Sequence record: NZ_LC532224.1
Source of the DNA: a plasmid
Length of the DNA: 64,000 bases
Strand: one strand, 5' to 3'
Part shown: positions 9,949 through 19,459 of the stretch, in pieces
Position numbering within the stretch: position 1 is the first letter of the stretch
Layout: each line of letters begins with the position of its first letter
Made by a program: the position numbers and the translations under genes
Notes under the pieces: generated by a model
Told to the model about the DNA's origin: nothing
The model's input: only the letters and a program-made list of their open reading frames with translations
Database searches by the model: none

Positions 9949-10125
9949 TCAGCGAAATTCAGAAACGGCCATCACAATGGTGCTGCGCTGACGCTGGCGT
10001 TCTGCCTTGCGCTGCCTGCGGCGATAGATCTGTTTTGCGCTGACGTAAGGGCAGTCCTCACGGGTATACCAGCAGCAGCCGCAAGGTTCGGGCCGGGGTT
10101 TTCCGGCAAGTCCAAATGGTTTCAT
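9949..10125 (-). CDS. Small basic Cys-rich protein (58 aa), below the ORF-track cutoff.
   Basis: MKPFGLAGKPRPEPCGCCWYTREDCPYVSAKQIYRRRQRKAERQRQRSTIVMAVSEFR. Strong AAGGTG RBS. Confidence 0.4.
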   Translation of the reverse strand: MKPFGLAGKPRPEPCGCCWYTREDCPYVSAKQIYRRRQRKAERQRQRSTIVMAVSEFR

Positions 10126-10178
10126 CAAGTCACCTTTTTAATGTTTTTAATGGAAAGATACTTACCTAACCCATTGTT

Positions 10179-10490
10179 TTATAGGAAATAACGTTGTTGC
10201 ATAAACAGATACAGATAACCCTCAGGAGAAAACATGCAAAGGTTATCAGTGATAACCGCGTCCAGATACCGAGTGTCAGTCTGTAAACGTTTTATCACCA
10301 GAAAATGTGCTGCCGCAGCCTTAATGCCAGAACTACCGTTTACAACATTATGTATACCCGCTTTGAATAACGAACGAGCATGAATTACCTTTTCCCGGGC
10401 CGCTTCGATCTCAGCATTAATAACGCATTGCCGCGCCTGGATGACTGCCTCTCCGGTTAAATCGCGGAAATTCATTAGAGATGTGATCAT
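10179..10490 (-). CDS. Hypothetical protein (103 aa).
   Basis: ORF with a GGAGAG RBS. Confidence 0.45.
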   Translation of the reverse strand: MITSLMNFRDLTGEAVIQARQCVINAEIEAAREKVIHARSLFKAGIHNVVNGSSGIKAAAAHFLVIKRLQTDTRYLDAVITDNLCMFSPEGYLYLFMQQRYFL

Positions 10491-10712
10491 GATTGACTCT
10501 CCAGATTATGTGGAATCATTATAACAACTGGCACCACGCCACAAATAACCTGAGATAAATTCTTTGAAATATTCCTATATATAAGGAATTACAGTCGGAA
10601 AAGAAACAATGAAATAGCGCCGACCGCTTAAAATCGATAAATTAAAATGGACGGCACTGGAATGAAAAACTGAAAGTAGTAAGACCGTAATTATCCTTCA
10701 CGGATGTAAGCT

Positions 10713-10913
10713 TTAAAAGAGGAGTACTGGCAAAGCTTTGCCAAGTACTTCGGCGGTTGTGTCTACGATTTTACGGATGTCATCGATCTGCGAAGGCTTA
10801 TTCAACACCACCGTAAAAAGCTCTCCTTCGTTATCAGCCTGCTCGCAGTTTCCGTATCGGCTCCCGTCGTACAGCTGCACAATACGTGACATAGAAGACT
10901 TTGTTTGTTTCAT
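10713..10913 (-). CDS. Small protein (66 aa), a divergent member of a three-member paralogue family.
   Basis: Shares the block LFTVVLNKPSQIDDIRKIVDTTAEVLG with the 74-aa and 79-aa paralogues. Confidence 0.5.
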   Translation of the reverse strand: MKQTKSSMSRIVQLYDGSRYGNCEQADNEGELFTVVLNKPSQIDDIRKIVDTTAEVLGKALPVLLF

Positions 10914-10952
10914 GGCTTTGCACCTGCTTTTAGGCAGTTTGGTTACTGGTTA

Positions 10953-11177
10953 TCAGAAGCTGGTTTCATGCGCTTCCGGCTGGGACACGAACTGGTATTT
11001 GACGCCGCCAGGCACACCTACTGCTTCGGCAATAGAGTCGCAAAGCCGCGATAAATCATTTAGTGTCATCGGATATTCAATATCTACTGAATATAAAGCA
11101 CCTGCATTTTCAGCATCTTCGATGTTTTTATACTGGGCACTAAATATAGCAATGGTCTGAATTTCGTGGTTATGCAT
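10953..11177 (-). CDS. Small protein (74 aa), paralogue of 19460..19699.
   Basis: About 55% identity to the 79-aa ORF (DIEYPMTLNDLSRLCDSIAEAVGVPGGVKY versus DIEHPMTLNDLSLLCESVADAVGAPGGIKY). AAGGA RBS. Confidence 0.55.
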   Translation of the reverse strand: MHNHEIQTIAIFSAQYKNIEDAENAGALYSVDIEYPMTLNDLSRLCDSIAEAVGVPGGVKYQFVSQPEAHETSF

Positions 11178-11231
11178 GAACCGGTCCTTATTAAATTATA
11201 AAAGCCACCCGAGAGTGGCCTGAGTGGAAAC

Positions 11232-11435
11232 TTAAATCTGTGAAGTATATTTGAGAGATTTTTTGCGATCCAGATGCCGGGCAACAATGGTTCCGATAAC
11301 AAGTAGCGTGATGACCGCACTGAAGAAGGTGCTGTCAGGGACGCCCTGGAAAAAATCACTGAAACTGTAAACAATAAAAATCAATGCGCAAAAATAGAAA
11401 ACGATACGAACATAAGGGGTAAAAAACATTTTCAT
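11232..11435 (-). CDS. Small hydrophobic membrane protein (67 aa).
   Basis: Two predicted TM helices. An operator motif lies about 140 bp upstream. Confidence 0.45.
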   Translation of the reverse strand: MKMFFTPYVRIVFYFCALIFIVYSFSDFFQGVPDSTFFSAVITLLVIGTIVARHLDRKKSLKYTSQI

Positions 11436-11575
11436 CGGTTGCCTTCCATTCAGGGAGAATTCTCAGTAATTACATCACACCTGAAGAGAAACTATTTTCG
11501 TATAAATGAGCATTTTCGACATATCAGAGGGGGGTTTTACTCATAAATGAGGTAGTAAGGGTCACACTTGAGATG

Positions 11576-11586
11576 AAAGTTACTTT
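11576..11586. promoter_or_regulatory. Palindromic operator-like motif AAAGTTACTTT (site 3).
   Basis: Exact 11-bp palindrome in an intergenic position upstream of the 11232..11435 gene. Confidence 0.6.
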
Positions 11587-11614
11587 CCTGGCTGCGAACG
11601 AACTATCTCAAATG

Positions 11615-11908
11615 TTAGAGGTGTGCGTTCGCCTTAAGAGCTTCATGCCCTGAGGAGCTCAACTTGAGCCGATAGTATAAACCTGGCTCCAGATGCCTTA
11701 CTGGCTGGCATAACTCCACGAGGCCCAGCCGGAACAGGACCGGAGAGCTCCTGCACGTCACATCATCAGGATTCCCCATAAACGTACGCCGTTCTCTGGC
11801 CCGTCTGAAATTGCCAGAGATATCATAGATCGTGCCGGATGCCATCCGTCTTAACACGTAAATCTGCGCCCTTGTAAGCTTCTGGGCGGAACTGCTTAAA
11901 CCTGACAT
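11615..11908 (-). CDS. Hypothetical protein (97 aa).
   Basis: ORF. Confidence 0.4.
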   Translation of the reverse strand: MSGLSSSAQKLTRAQIYVLRRMASGTIYDISGNFRRARERRTFMGNPDDVTCRSSPVLFRLGLVELCQPVRHLEPGLYYRLKLSSSGHEALKANAHL

Positions 11909-11987
11909 ACCTTCCCGGCCTTATATAAAACAATCCGCCAGCAGCTCGACTGGCGGACAATGTTTGACTGGATACAGCAAGGACATA

Positions 11988-12479
11988 CTATTTGCTGACA
12001 AGTTTGATATTGGTTTCACTCATTCGAAGTCGAAACTCCTGAAAACCCTGCTCTACCGCTAACTCCAGCCACTCAACGGGAATGGTATAGCTACAATCAG
12101 ACCCACCCAAAGCGGCATCACAAGCGTAATCCCAGTCCTCATCCAGTTTTGGATTCATCCCCTGGGCGTAAGCCACAGTATCGCGGGATGCGGGAGAGCC
12201 CTCAAGCTCAGCATTAGTGATCAGGTATACACCATGACTGTGCGCGAGAAGCACTTTTGGCACCAGATGTGTGCTGGCAATTTTTGAGGATGAGGGAAAG
12301 AAAACCCTACCAGCTTTACGCGCCTCTTCTTCAGTCTGTCCCTCAGCGTTAAGGAGGGCTCCCCCCGGATAGCATGCCGGGTCATAGATCTGATCTGGGG
12401 TGACCGAAAACGTTTTTGCGGTGCGAATTTCTTCGATCAGTTTATTGATATCTGCCATTTCAAATACGAGAGTGGTCAC
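11988..12479 (-). CDS. Hypothetical protein (163 aa), second gene of a two-gene operon.
   Basis: ORF. Its start lies 5 bp after the stop of the upstream acidic-protein gene. Confidence 0.5.
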   Translation of the reverse strand: MTTLVFEMADINKLIEEIRTAKTFSVTPDQIYDPACYPGGALLNAEGQTEEEARKAGRVFFPSSSKIASTHLVPKVLLAHSHGVYLITNAELEGSPASRDTVAYAQGMNPKLDEDWDYACDAALGGSDCSYTIPVEWLELAVEQGFQEFRLRMSETNIKLVSK

Positions 12480-12483
12480 AGGC

Positions 12484-12831
12484 TTACTCTCCCTCTTCAG
12501 TGGACAACATCAGATACTTTGTTGCCAGCAGAAGCTCTCCCACATCCTTGAGGGACAATTCAGCTTTGCCTTCTACGGCAAGCTGCAAGCGCTGTCGAAT
12601 TGCATGAACAGAATCTGAAGATAAAGATGCCATTTTGCGCAAAACGGCATTAGCCTTTTCTACAGCAGGATACAGAATTTCTGAGTTGGTATTATCTTCG
12701 TCATTATCAAAGATAATTTCAGAATCCATATTGATGTTATCTTCAAGCCAGCTTGAAAGCACTTCAAGTAATGACATCACCTTTTCAATTTGCATATCGC
12801 CTCCTCTGTTAACATGAAACAAATATAACAA
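12484..12831 (-). CDS. Highly acidic small protein (115 aa), a DNA-mimic-like candidate.
   Basis: D/E-rich sequence (…EDNINMDSEIIFDNDEDNTNSEILYP…). It is preceded by a 51-bp dyad-symmetry element. Confidence 0.5.
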   Translation of the reverse strand: MLYLFHVNRGGDMQIEKVMSLLEVLSSWLEDNINMDSEIIFDNDEDNTNSEILYPAVEKANAVLRKMASLSSDSVHAIRQRLQLAVEGKAELSLKDVGELLLATKYLMLSTEEGE

Positions 12832-13311
12832 AGTGGCTTACCCGGCTAATAACCTGAGCAGAAAGTTTTCGAACTTAGTTTGAAAACAAGTTTTCTGCTC
12901 AGGTTAATGTTAAAGTCGCTGGGTAAAAGATAAAAGGCACTGAAGATGATTTAAGCATCAAACAGACTAAATAGGATTCCGTCTTTTATAACGCTTTTAA
13001 AATAGAATGAATGAAATATAAATTTTGCGTTTAAGAATGAACGCTGTAGAGGATGATTTATCCAGTGATATGCAGTTTGTGGCCTTTAAAAAGGCTTTAT
13101 TATGGACTTGAATTGCAAAGAGAGCACCGACATTTTTCTGGGGGCTCCCGCAGAGAAAAAGCTGTGAGGTTATGAAGACGTATAGGAGGTATTCGGCGAA
13201 ATACTGTATGGCCACAGGAGAGCTTCAGCACCCATATCCTGCCGCCTCGCTCGCCTGTGGTGATTTCAATATGTTCTACGTCATACCACGTAGTTGTATT
13301 TCTCACTTTGT

Positions 13312-13632
13312 TTATGCTTCCTGACACCGCGTGAACGCAATCTTCGTCTGGATGCGTTCATAGATGGAAAACTGCCTTTCAATGGAATCGGCATTAGACA
13401 GTAATTCATGAAGCTCAGCAGAATCTGTATCAGGAACGATAGCGACAGAAACTCCATATTTACGCCCAGTTCTGATCAGGTGCGCAAGTTTTTCCTTCTC
13501 TGATTCTGTGAGCATTGCCAGATCCCTTCCGGATACCTGCTCGATAAATGGACCAAGGTTTTTCGGAAAAAAGGGTTCGGCATCAGAATTATGTACCGGG
13601 AGCGTTTGCGGCTTATCGAAGCTATTGGACAT
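13312..13632 (-). CDS. Hypothetical protein (106 aa).
   Basis: ORF, with an operator motif about 150 bp upstream. Confidence 0.45.
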   Translation of the reverse strand: MSNSFDKPQTLPVHNSDAEPFFPKNLGPFIEQVSGRDLAMLTESEKEKLAHLIRTGRKYGVSVAIVPDTDSAELHELLSNADSIERQFSIYERIQTKIAFTRCQEA

Positions 13633-13782
13633 GAAAAGAACCTTTATAGTTAGAGAGGTGGAGACTGAATGCGTAGCCCATTAAAATTAGTAGTGCCACA
13701 CTCGAATGCTAATCATACTTTATGATGGCTATGGTAGGAATGGCCGTCAACTTAAACCGCCAGAAGCGAGCCATTCACCGTT

Positions 13783-13793
13783 AAAGTAACTTT
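13783..13793. promoter_or_regulatory. Palindromic operator-like motif AAAGTAACTTT (site 4).
   Basis: Exact 11-bp palindrome in an intergenic position. Confidence 0.6.
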
Positions 13794-13810
13794 CCCGTAT
13801 GATGTTCTTT

Positions 13811-14041
13811 TTATGGAATGAGTTGTTCACACTCCTCTTTAAGAGCCGCCCTGGAACGAGATCGACAGACTTTGCTTAATGAAGAGCGTAATTGATGTTC
13901 ATCAACCCCATCAGCGACAAACTGACCAATTTTCTTTTCAAGACGCTGCATTGCCTCATAAAGCTTGGCATCAGTATTATTTTTAAGAAACCTCAGTATA
14001 TAATCAGCAATAATTTGAACAGGAGTAAAGTTACACATCAT
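13811..14041 (-). CDS. Hypothetical protein (76 aa).
   Basis: ORF. A half-site AAAGTTAC lies about 130 bp upstream at 14173. Confidence 0.4.
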   Translation of the reverse strand: MMCNFTPVQIIADYILRFLKNNTDAKLYEAMQRLEKKIGQFVADGVDEHQLRSSLSKVCRSRSRAALKEECEQLIP

Positions 14042-14212
14042 GTATCCTTAATAAGTTGTGTAAAAATAAAACCATAAAAAACATAATCAGAAGTAGATTA
14101 TTATACTTGAGTAAGCTTTTCAGCTAACAAGCTGGAGAAGCAGATTCCGGTAAATTACTACATATTTGATAAAAGTTACTGAATAAAAAAGCCCAGCGTA
14201 CCGGGCTTTCAT

Positions 14213-15106
14213 TCAATTTGATTCTAAGAATCTGACTCGCCGCCTGATTTTTATACCAAGAAGAGCGAACAAAACGCCAACGAATGCGACGGGACTACCT
14301 ACTTTAAGACAATTAACCGACGCTTTTGAAAAGGTATGTGATTTAGACATACGTTTTTGCTCATAACGAATCGCAAGTGGTGAGACGGATTTATCTAAAG
14401 CTGTCTTTTCCAATGCATAACGAACTTTCACGGGAATATTTGACTGTAATACACCAGACATATACGCCCTAACAACATTCTGTGTTAACTTCACATCTGG
14501 CTTGCCGAGTTTTATATGTAGTTGCGCCTTTAAATAGTTTACAGATACCTCTTCGCCTGAGGGCCAATTACTATCATTTAAATATGCGACAAGTTTATCG
14601 TATTTTTCATGTTTTACATATTTCTTGATAACCTTTACAGTCGAAGCTGAAGTGGCATCAGTCTCTTCCGAACCTAAAGCAGATGTAAAAACTGACAAGC
14701 CGATAAGAAAAGCGCCAGCAATTAGAAGCATCGGGAATATCTCACCTATTTCCTCCCCCTTTAAAATTTTAAAGGCAGTTGAAGAAACTACTAATAGCCC
14801 CATAATCCCTAATAGCAACTTAGAATATGTAGTTAGGAAGCCTCCAAATGCATCGCCAAAATCCGAAACCACTAACTTATCTTCACCTTCAGATGAATTG
14901 AAGAATGACAAGGGCACATCAATATCAAAGTCCAGAACTGAAGGTGAGAGGTGTAATGACAGCAACCACAAGCAAAGACCAAAAATCATTATCAGCAGGC
15001 CCGCACCAAATATCGCGAAACCTGAATTTCTAATCTTTATAGACCGGTGAAAAAGAAATGACAGTTCACGGGAAAAATCGTCACTACTCTTAAGGTTACG
15101 CACCAT
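14213..15106 (-). CDS. klaC: KlaC/TelB-like integral membrane protein, third gene of a kilA-like operon.
   Basis: 297 aa with multiple TM segments. Translationally coupled to the upstream TelA-like gene. Confidence 0.55.
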   Translation of the reverse strand: MVRNLKSSDDFSRELSFLFHRSIKIRNSGFAIFGAGLLIMIFGLCLWLLSLHLSPSVLDFDIDVPLSFFNSSEGEDKLVVSDFGDAFGGFLTTYSKLLLGIMGLLVVSSTAFKILKGEEIGEIFPMLLIAGAFLIGLSVFTSALGSEETDATSASTVKVIKKYVKHEKYDKLVAYLNDSNWPSGEEVSVNYLKAQLHIKLGKPDVKLTQNVVRAYMSGVLQSNIPVKVRYALEKTALDKSVSPLAIRYEQKRMSKSHTFSKASVNCLKVGSPVAFVGVLFALLGIKIRRRVRFLESN

Positions 15107-16208
15107 GATCTACCCCTTTTTGTGTCAGTCGGGTGCGCAAATTCTCACGCATGGCAAGAACCTGTTTTTCTGTTTCCCTGAGCTTAATAGCCCCTTCTCT
15201 CTGGATTTTAACAACATCGCCAACCGTCTGGATAAGCGTATCCTGCACCTCTTTAAGGGTGCTTATATCAATAACCAGCCGTTGGTTTGCTTTCATAGTT
15301 TCTACTGCATTGCGATGCAGTAATTTTGCATTACTACGGAGTAACTCATTGTTGGCATTATCGATATCATTGGCAAGATTTACAGCGTTACGCTGTCCAT
15401 TTAGAGAAATGGCTAACAGAAACTGACGCTTGAAATTAGGGACAGTAACCTCTTTGACGCTATGAAACTTGTCGATAAGACTTTGGTTATTTGCCTGTAT
15501 AATCCGTACCATTGGCAATACTTGCATAGCAGACTGCTGAGAAACAACTAAATCGCCAATACGTTTTTCTAAATTAGCAATTAGCGTATCCAGATCAGAT
15601 ACTTCCTGGAACTTAGCAGGATTGTTACCAACATTAGCTCTGAGATTTTCTGCTTTTAATTGTAATTCTCCCAGCCTTAATTTACCGGCAGCAATATGTA
15701 CACCTGTTAAGTGGTGTTCTTTAACGACTTCATCAAACATTTGCTGGAGCGAAATATTATTAGAACCGAGGCTATTCTGTGTAACTGAAACCTCTGAAAC
15801 CAGAGCATCGATTTGTTCACGAGTTGATTCAAACTGTGCGGCGAAATTCTTCCCACGGGTGCGGATTTTATCCAACAAAGGGCCAATAACTGGCAGATTT
15901 GAACGACTTTCAGTTAAGTTCGAGATGTTTACATTTCTTGCAAGGTTGATAATTTCAGTTAATTTGCTCCCGGCTTCGTCTAAATCTTTATTGCGAATTT
16001 GCTCAAGCAGGCTATCCGCATAATTAGCAGTGTTTTCCCCCATTGCCCGGCCAAAACGATAAACTGTTCCTGGATCATCGGCATTAATGCATTCCGCGAC
16101 GGCTTTAATCTCTTGTTCATCTTGCTCATTCAGCCCGAACTTTTCCAGTTCAGCGGAAGTCAAAGTAAAAGCAACAACCTCAGTTTTGGTGGTCAAATTA
16201 TTAATCAT
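15096..16208 (-). CDS. klaB: TelA/KlaB-like toxic-anion-resistance family protein.
   Basis: 370-aa coiled-coil-rich protein typical of the TelA family. The ATGA overlap with klaA-like and the overlap with klaC-like reproduce the klaA-klaB-klaC order. Confidence 0.6.
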   Translation of the reverse strand: MINNLTTKTEVVAFTLTSAELEKFGLNEQDEQEIKAVAECINADDPGTVYRFGRAMGENTANYADSLLEQIRNKDLDEAGSKLTEIINLARNVNISNLTESRSNLPVIGPLLDKIRTRGKNFAAQFESTREQIDALVSEVSVTQNSLGSNNISLQQMFDEVVKEHHLTGVHIAAGKLRLGELQLKAENLRANVGNNPAKFQEVSDLDTLIANLEKRIGDLVVSQQSAMQVLPMVRIIQANNQSLIDKFHSVKEVTVPNFKRQFLLAISLNGQRNAVNLANDIDNANNELLRSNAKLLHRNAVETMKANQRLVIDISTLKEVQDTLIQTVGDVVKIQREGAIKLRETEKQVLAMRENLRTRLTQKGVDHGA

Positions 16209-17014
16209 TTTTGGAATCCCTCTAAATTTTGTCGCAGGCTTTTTAGAAGAGCCTCGTGGGCCTGATTAGCTTTTCTAACAATCGTAGGGTCAGTGTTATT
16301 TACTGATAACAGCGAAAGTGTGTGTTGCCGCCATACTGGAACCAGGACTTTTATAGTTTCGTTAAAGCGGTCAGCAATATCTATACAAGTCCCGCGAGTG
16401 ATTTCCATCTGCATGGCGGCCATTTCATGAGACGCAAGCAGTGTTGCCAGGTTAGCTAAACGTCTGGCAAATCTTTCCCTCGGTTTATCGAAGACAAGGC
16501 TTAGATCGTCACTATTTTTTTCTTCGGTAGAATCCCTAAGGAACTCATGGCCTGCCTGGATAAAAATTTTAAGGCGTTTGATTTCTGACACATATGTTTC
16601 AAGCAGCTCTTCTAAAGCCAGTAGCGTCTCATTCACATGTGTCAGATATCCGTTCCCCTCATTAATAAGATTTTCCACCTTCTCACGTGCGTGTTGGTAA
16701 CGAACGCGCTTTTCAAGGTGTTTGCCCGTAAAGCGGGAAAACCAGGATGGATTGCTACTGATAGAACGTGGATCTGCCTCCGCTAAGGCACTTACGATAC
16801 GGTTCAAGGCTCCTGATAAAGCGGTAACTGCGTCTTTCTCCAGAAGATTTGAATACTTATCCATAGCCTTCGAAGATAAAGCCGAGTCGCCGTAATGGCT
16901 TATTGCCCCAGCATTAAGCAGAAGACCGGGTATAAATTCTTCTTTGAGTTCTGCTATCGATATGTTGCTGCTGTCAGTTGAAACGTTCATTTTTGCCTCA
17001 AAATGGTTATCCAT
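16205..17014 (-). CDS. klaA: KlaA (KilA)-like protein, first gene of the operon.
   Basis: 269 aa. Position and coupling relative to the telA-like and telB-like genes. Confidence 0.5.
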   Translation of the reverse strand: MDNHFEAKMNVSTDSSNISIAELKEEFIPGLLLNAGAISHYGDSALSSKAMDKYSNLLEKDAVTALSGALNRIVSALAEADPRSISSNPSWFSRFTGKHLEKRVRYQHAREKVENLINEGNGYLTHVNETLLALEELLETYVSEIKRLKIFIQAGHEFLRDSTEEKNSDDLSLVFDKPRERFARRLANLATLLASHEMAAMQMEITRGTCIDIADRFNETIKVLVPVWRQHTLSLLSVNNTDPTIVRKANQAHEALLKSLRQNLEGFQK

Positions 17015-17584
17015 GACAGCCTATCATTTACCGTTCTGCTGATTTTTCGGTTAAAGCGCCAAAACCTGGGTTTATCCGTTTTCGAGGCAAAAAAATAGAA
17101 TCTGATCCTCACGTAACCCTTTGCCATTCTGATTAAAGGAGAAGTCCCCTACTGTCTGTGCACTGAATTCAGCACTGGATGAAGTTAGGACATGAAGTGC
17201 ACATAGATCCCCTGCTTGACCTACCAATCACCGCCTTCAATGTTTAGATCTGGTGACCTTACAGCGACCATTTCTCTAACCGGATGGTCATTGTTGTCGT
17301 GGCTGCTCCCCAACAGCAGGCTTACCGTTCCGCTGGCAGAGTAATACATCGCGTCAGGAAAGTGCTCCCTGACCTCCTAAAGCAATTTGTTCATGCTGTT
17401 AGTTAAACGATAAAAGCGTCGGGCTGCGTTCGGCATAGCTTCTTCCAGGAGGTCAGAAGCATCAATCTCACGGCCGTTTATAACGCGGAGAATATCTTGC
17501 TCATCCATAGGTTACTCCCAGGCAATAAATCAAAGTGGCCAGGCAAAAGGAGACTCGCCTGGCATCAAAAAGAATAAAAGGTCG

Positions 17585-18196
17585 TTACGAACTGATAATG
17601 ATGGCCTGGTCAGTTTGAGGAAGTCGGTTTCCTCTGATGAATGCTGGATGGCTTAAACGAGCAGATGACATGGTCATCGCCAGAAATGTCTCTTCACGCG
17701 AACGCAGCAATTCCCCCCATGAATAGGTTTCCCATACGTCGTGGGAAAGATCGGATTCCTTTATGTACCTTGACTGCATTGTTGGTTCAAAATCGACGGG
17801 AGCTAGACTGTCATAGGATGGATGTACACGGTACCCCAATTCTTCCTCCCTCTGATGGTATGCATGTGCCAAAAGGACATCATGGGAGACCAAGTCATAG
17901 TCTTTGTCCTGAACGAGCGTTTTTACGGTATGACTAATTTTTCCAAAGCCTTCAATTTCCCAGATTGTTATCATTGTGAACTCAGTTAAAGTCCGTGGGC
18001 TTTTTACCAGAAAGCCATTTAATGCACGTCGCCCCTTCAACATGACAACGTGGTAGGACTTGTTGGGATAAGGTTTCATTGCCACCAGCGAATCAGCTTT
18101 AAGCTCAAGTGACAATTCAGGTACAGAAACTGACACGAGAGTACACTTGTTTTTCATATGGTGAAGAATACGGGGCACAAGATGCAGATACATCAT
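17585..18196 (-). CDS. Hypothetical protein (203 aa). The internal MMYLH start is preferred.
   Basis: AAAGGAG RBS in front of the second Met pair. The upstream extension lacks an RBS. Confidence 0.45.
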   Translation of the reverse strand: MMYLHLVPRILHHMKNKCTLVSVSVPELSLELKADSLVAMKPYPNKSYHVVMLKGRRALNGFLVKSPRTLTEFTMITIWEIEGFGKISHTVKTLVQDKDYDLVSHDVLLAHAYHQREEELGYRVHPSYDSLAPVDFEPTMQSRYIKESDLSHDVWETYSWGELLRSREETFLAMTMSSARLSHPAFIRGNRLPQTDQAIIISS

Positions 18197-18306
18197 TTTC
18201 TCCTTTGAAGGATATACCAGGCAGCTCCTCAGCAGCATCAAAATATTTAAATCACTCTTTAATTAGTAAACCACTGCTGATTAACTTCTTTTATGTTTCA
18301 CAGAAA

Positions 18307-18840
18307 TTATTCGTTTTGTTTCTGTTCGTTATACTGCTCAAACCAGAAGACGACCGGTTTTTCTACAATATGAAGCAACCCAAAACGTTCTGCGGTACGG
18401 AAATACACGCTATATGCGCGAGCCCGTTCAACCTGTTTGGTAATTTCTTTTCTCATTCCTTCAACACTAAAAGCTCCTTTAAAAAGGTTGCAGGGGGCGC
18501 ATGATGGAAATAAGTTTTCTATAGCATGCAGTTCAGGGTGCATAACCTTACCCGTACTTCGGGCAACATGAGTTACGCCGCTGCCGACAGGGGCTCTCAC
18601 CAGTTCAAAGTCGCGTCGAACAGGCTCAACATGATCGGCATGCCACCCTTTTTCAGGAAGCTTGCAACCACAATAGGCACAACGCCCCCCAAATTTCATT
18701 CGCAGCTCAGCTCGCTGTATTTTAGAGATCTTATTTTTAGGTTTTGAGAACCTACCATCAGGTGATTCAGCTTTGGATAACTTTGCTGAGGGCTCAGGTA
18801 ATTCAACTAAATTCCCGTTGATATTTATCACCTTGACCAT
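18307..18840 (-). CDS. HNH endonuclease (177 aa).
   Basis: HNH / zinc-finger signature CAYCGCKL…WHADHVEP…NLFPSCAPCN. Confidence 0.75.
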   Translation of the reverse strand: MVKVININGNLVELPEPSAKLSKAESPDGRFSKPKNKISKIQRAELRMKFGGRCAYCGCKLPEKGWHADHVEPVRRDFELVRAPVGSGVTHVARSTGKVMHPELHAIENLFPSCAPCNLFKGAFSVEGMRKEITKQVERARAYSVYFRTAERFGLLHIVEKPVVFWFEQYNEQKQNE

Positions 18841-18894
18841 ATCATTTTCCGCCTTTACTAAGCTCACGGGCACAGGAACTGGCTTAAGTAACCG

Positions 18895-19089
18895 CTAAAG
18901 ATAACAGCCACTGACTGCATCTACCCAGACCTTCTGTTTATACTCAATAGGCCACCCCTCTTTATCTGCCCGGATGACGCAATCATTTACCGTGGTGCGT
19001 GACCGGATACGAACATCAAGCGGAAGCGAATCGTTATCCACACGAGCCTGTGCCTCATTTAAAATGCGTAAAAACATCTCTTTGGTCAT
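18895..19089 (-). CDS. Hypothetical small protein (64 aa).
   Basis: ORF overlapping the stop of the upstream gene by 4 nt. Confidence 0.4.
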   Translation of the reverse strand: MTKEMFLRILNEAQARVDNDSLPLDVRIRSRTTVNDCVIRADKEGWPIEYKQKVWVDAVSGCYL

Positions 19090-19397
19090 TCAGATACCCC
19101 CTCAACTTTGCGAATTTTGATCAGATGAGGGCGACTCAGTTTACAAAGTTGTTCTGTCGCTTCATCAATCGAATTGAACCGATGAGCCTCTTCGATATTT
19201 AAAGTCCAGTATTTCGCTTTCCCTTCTCCCAGATCGGACTCAAAATAATTTCGCTTTACATCCATTTTTTTAGGCCTGCCATTTATCTTGACGACATTAT
19301 GTCTGTCATCAAAAAGAAATTCGTCCCCCTCAAAAGTGATTAATACAAATGGCCCCTCAGGCTTGGAAGTCCGGGAACTTTCCATTTTCAAAGTCAT
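19086..19397 (-). CDS. Hypothetical protein (103 aa).
   Basis: ORF. Confidence 0.45.
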   Translation of the reverse strand: MTLKMESSRTSKPEGPFVLITFEGDEFLFDDRHNVVKINGRPKKMDVKRNYFESDLGEGKAKYWTLNIEEAHRFNSIDEATEQLCKLSRPHLIKIRKVEGVSE

Positions 19398-19459
19398 ACT
19401 TCAGCCTCTCGATAGAACTCATGAAACGTCAAATTAAAATGGACTCACACCACACTGAT

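Noticed and set aside
14171-14181. Seventh operator copy aaagttactga.
   Set aside because: Only the left half-site matches (8/11). Kept as a note, not called as a site.
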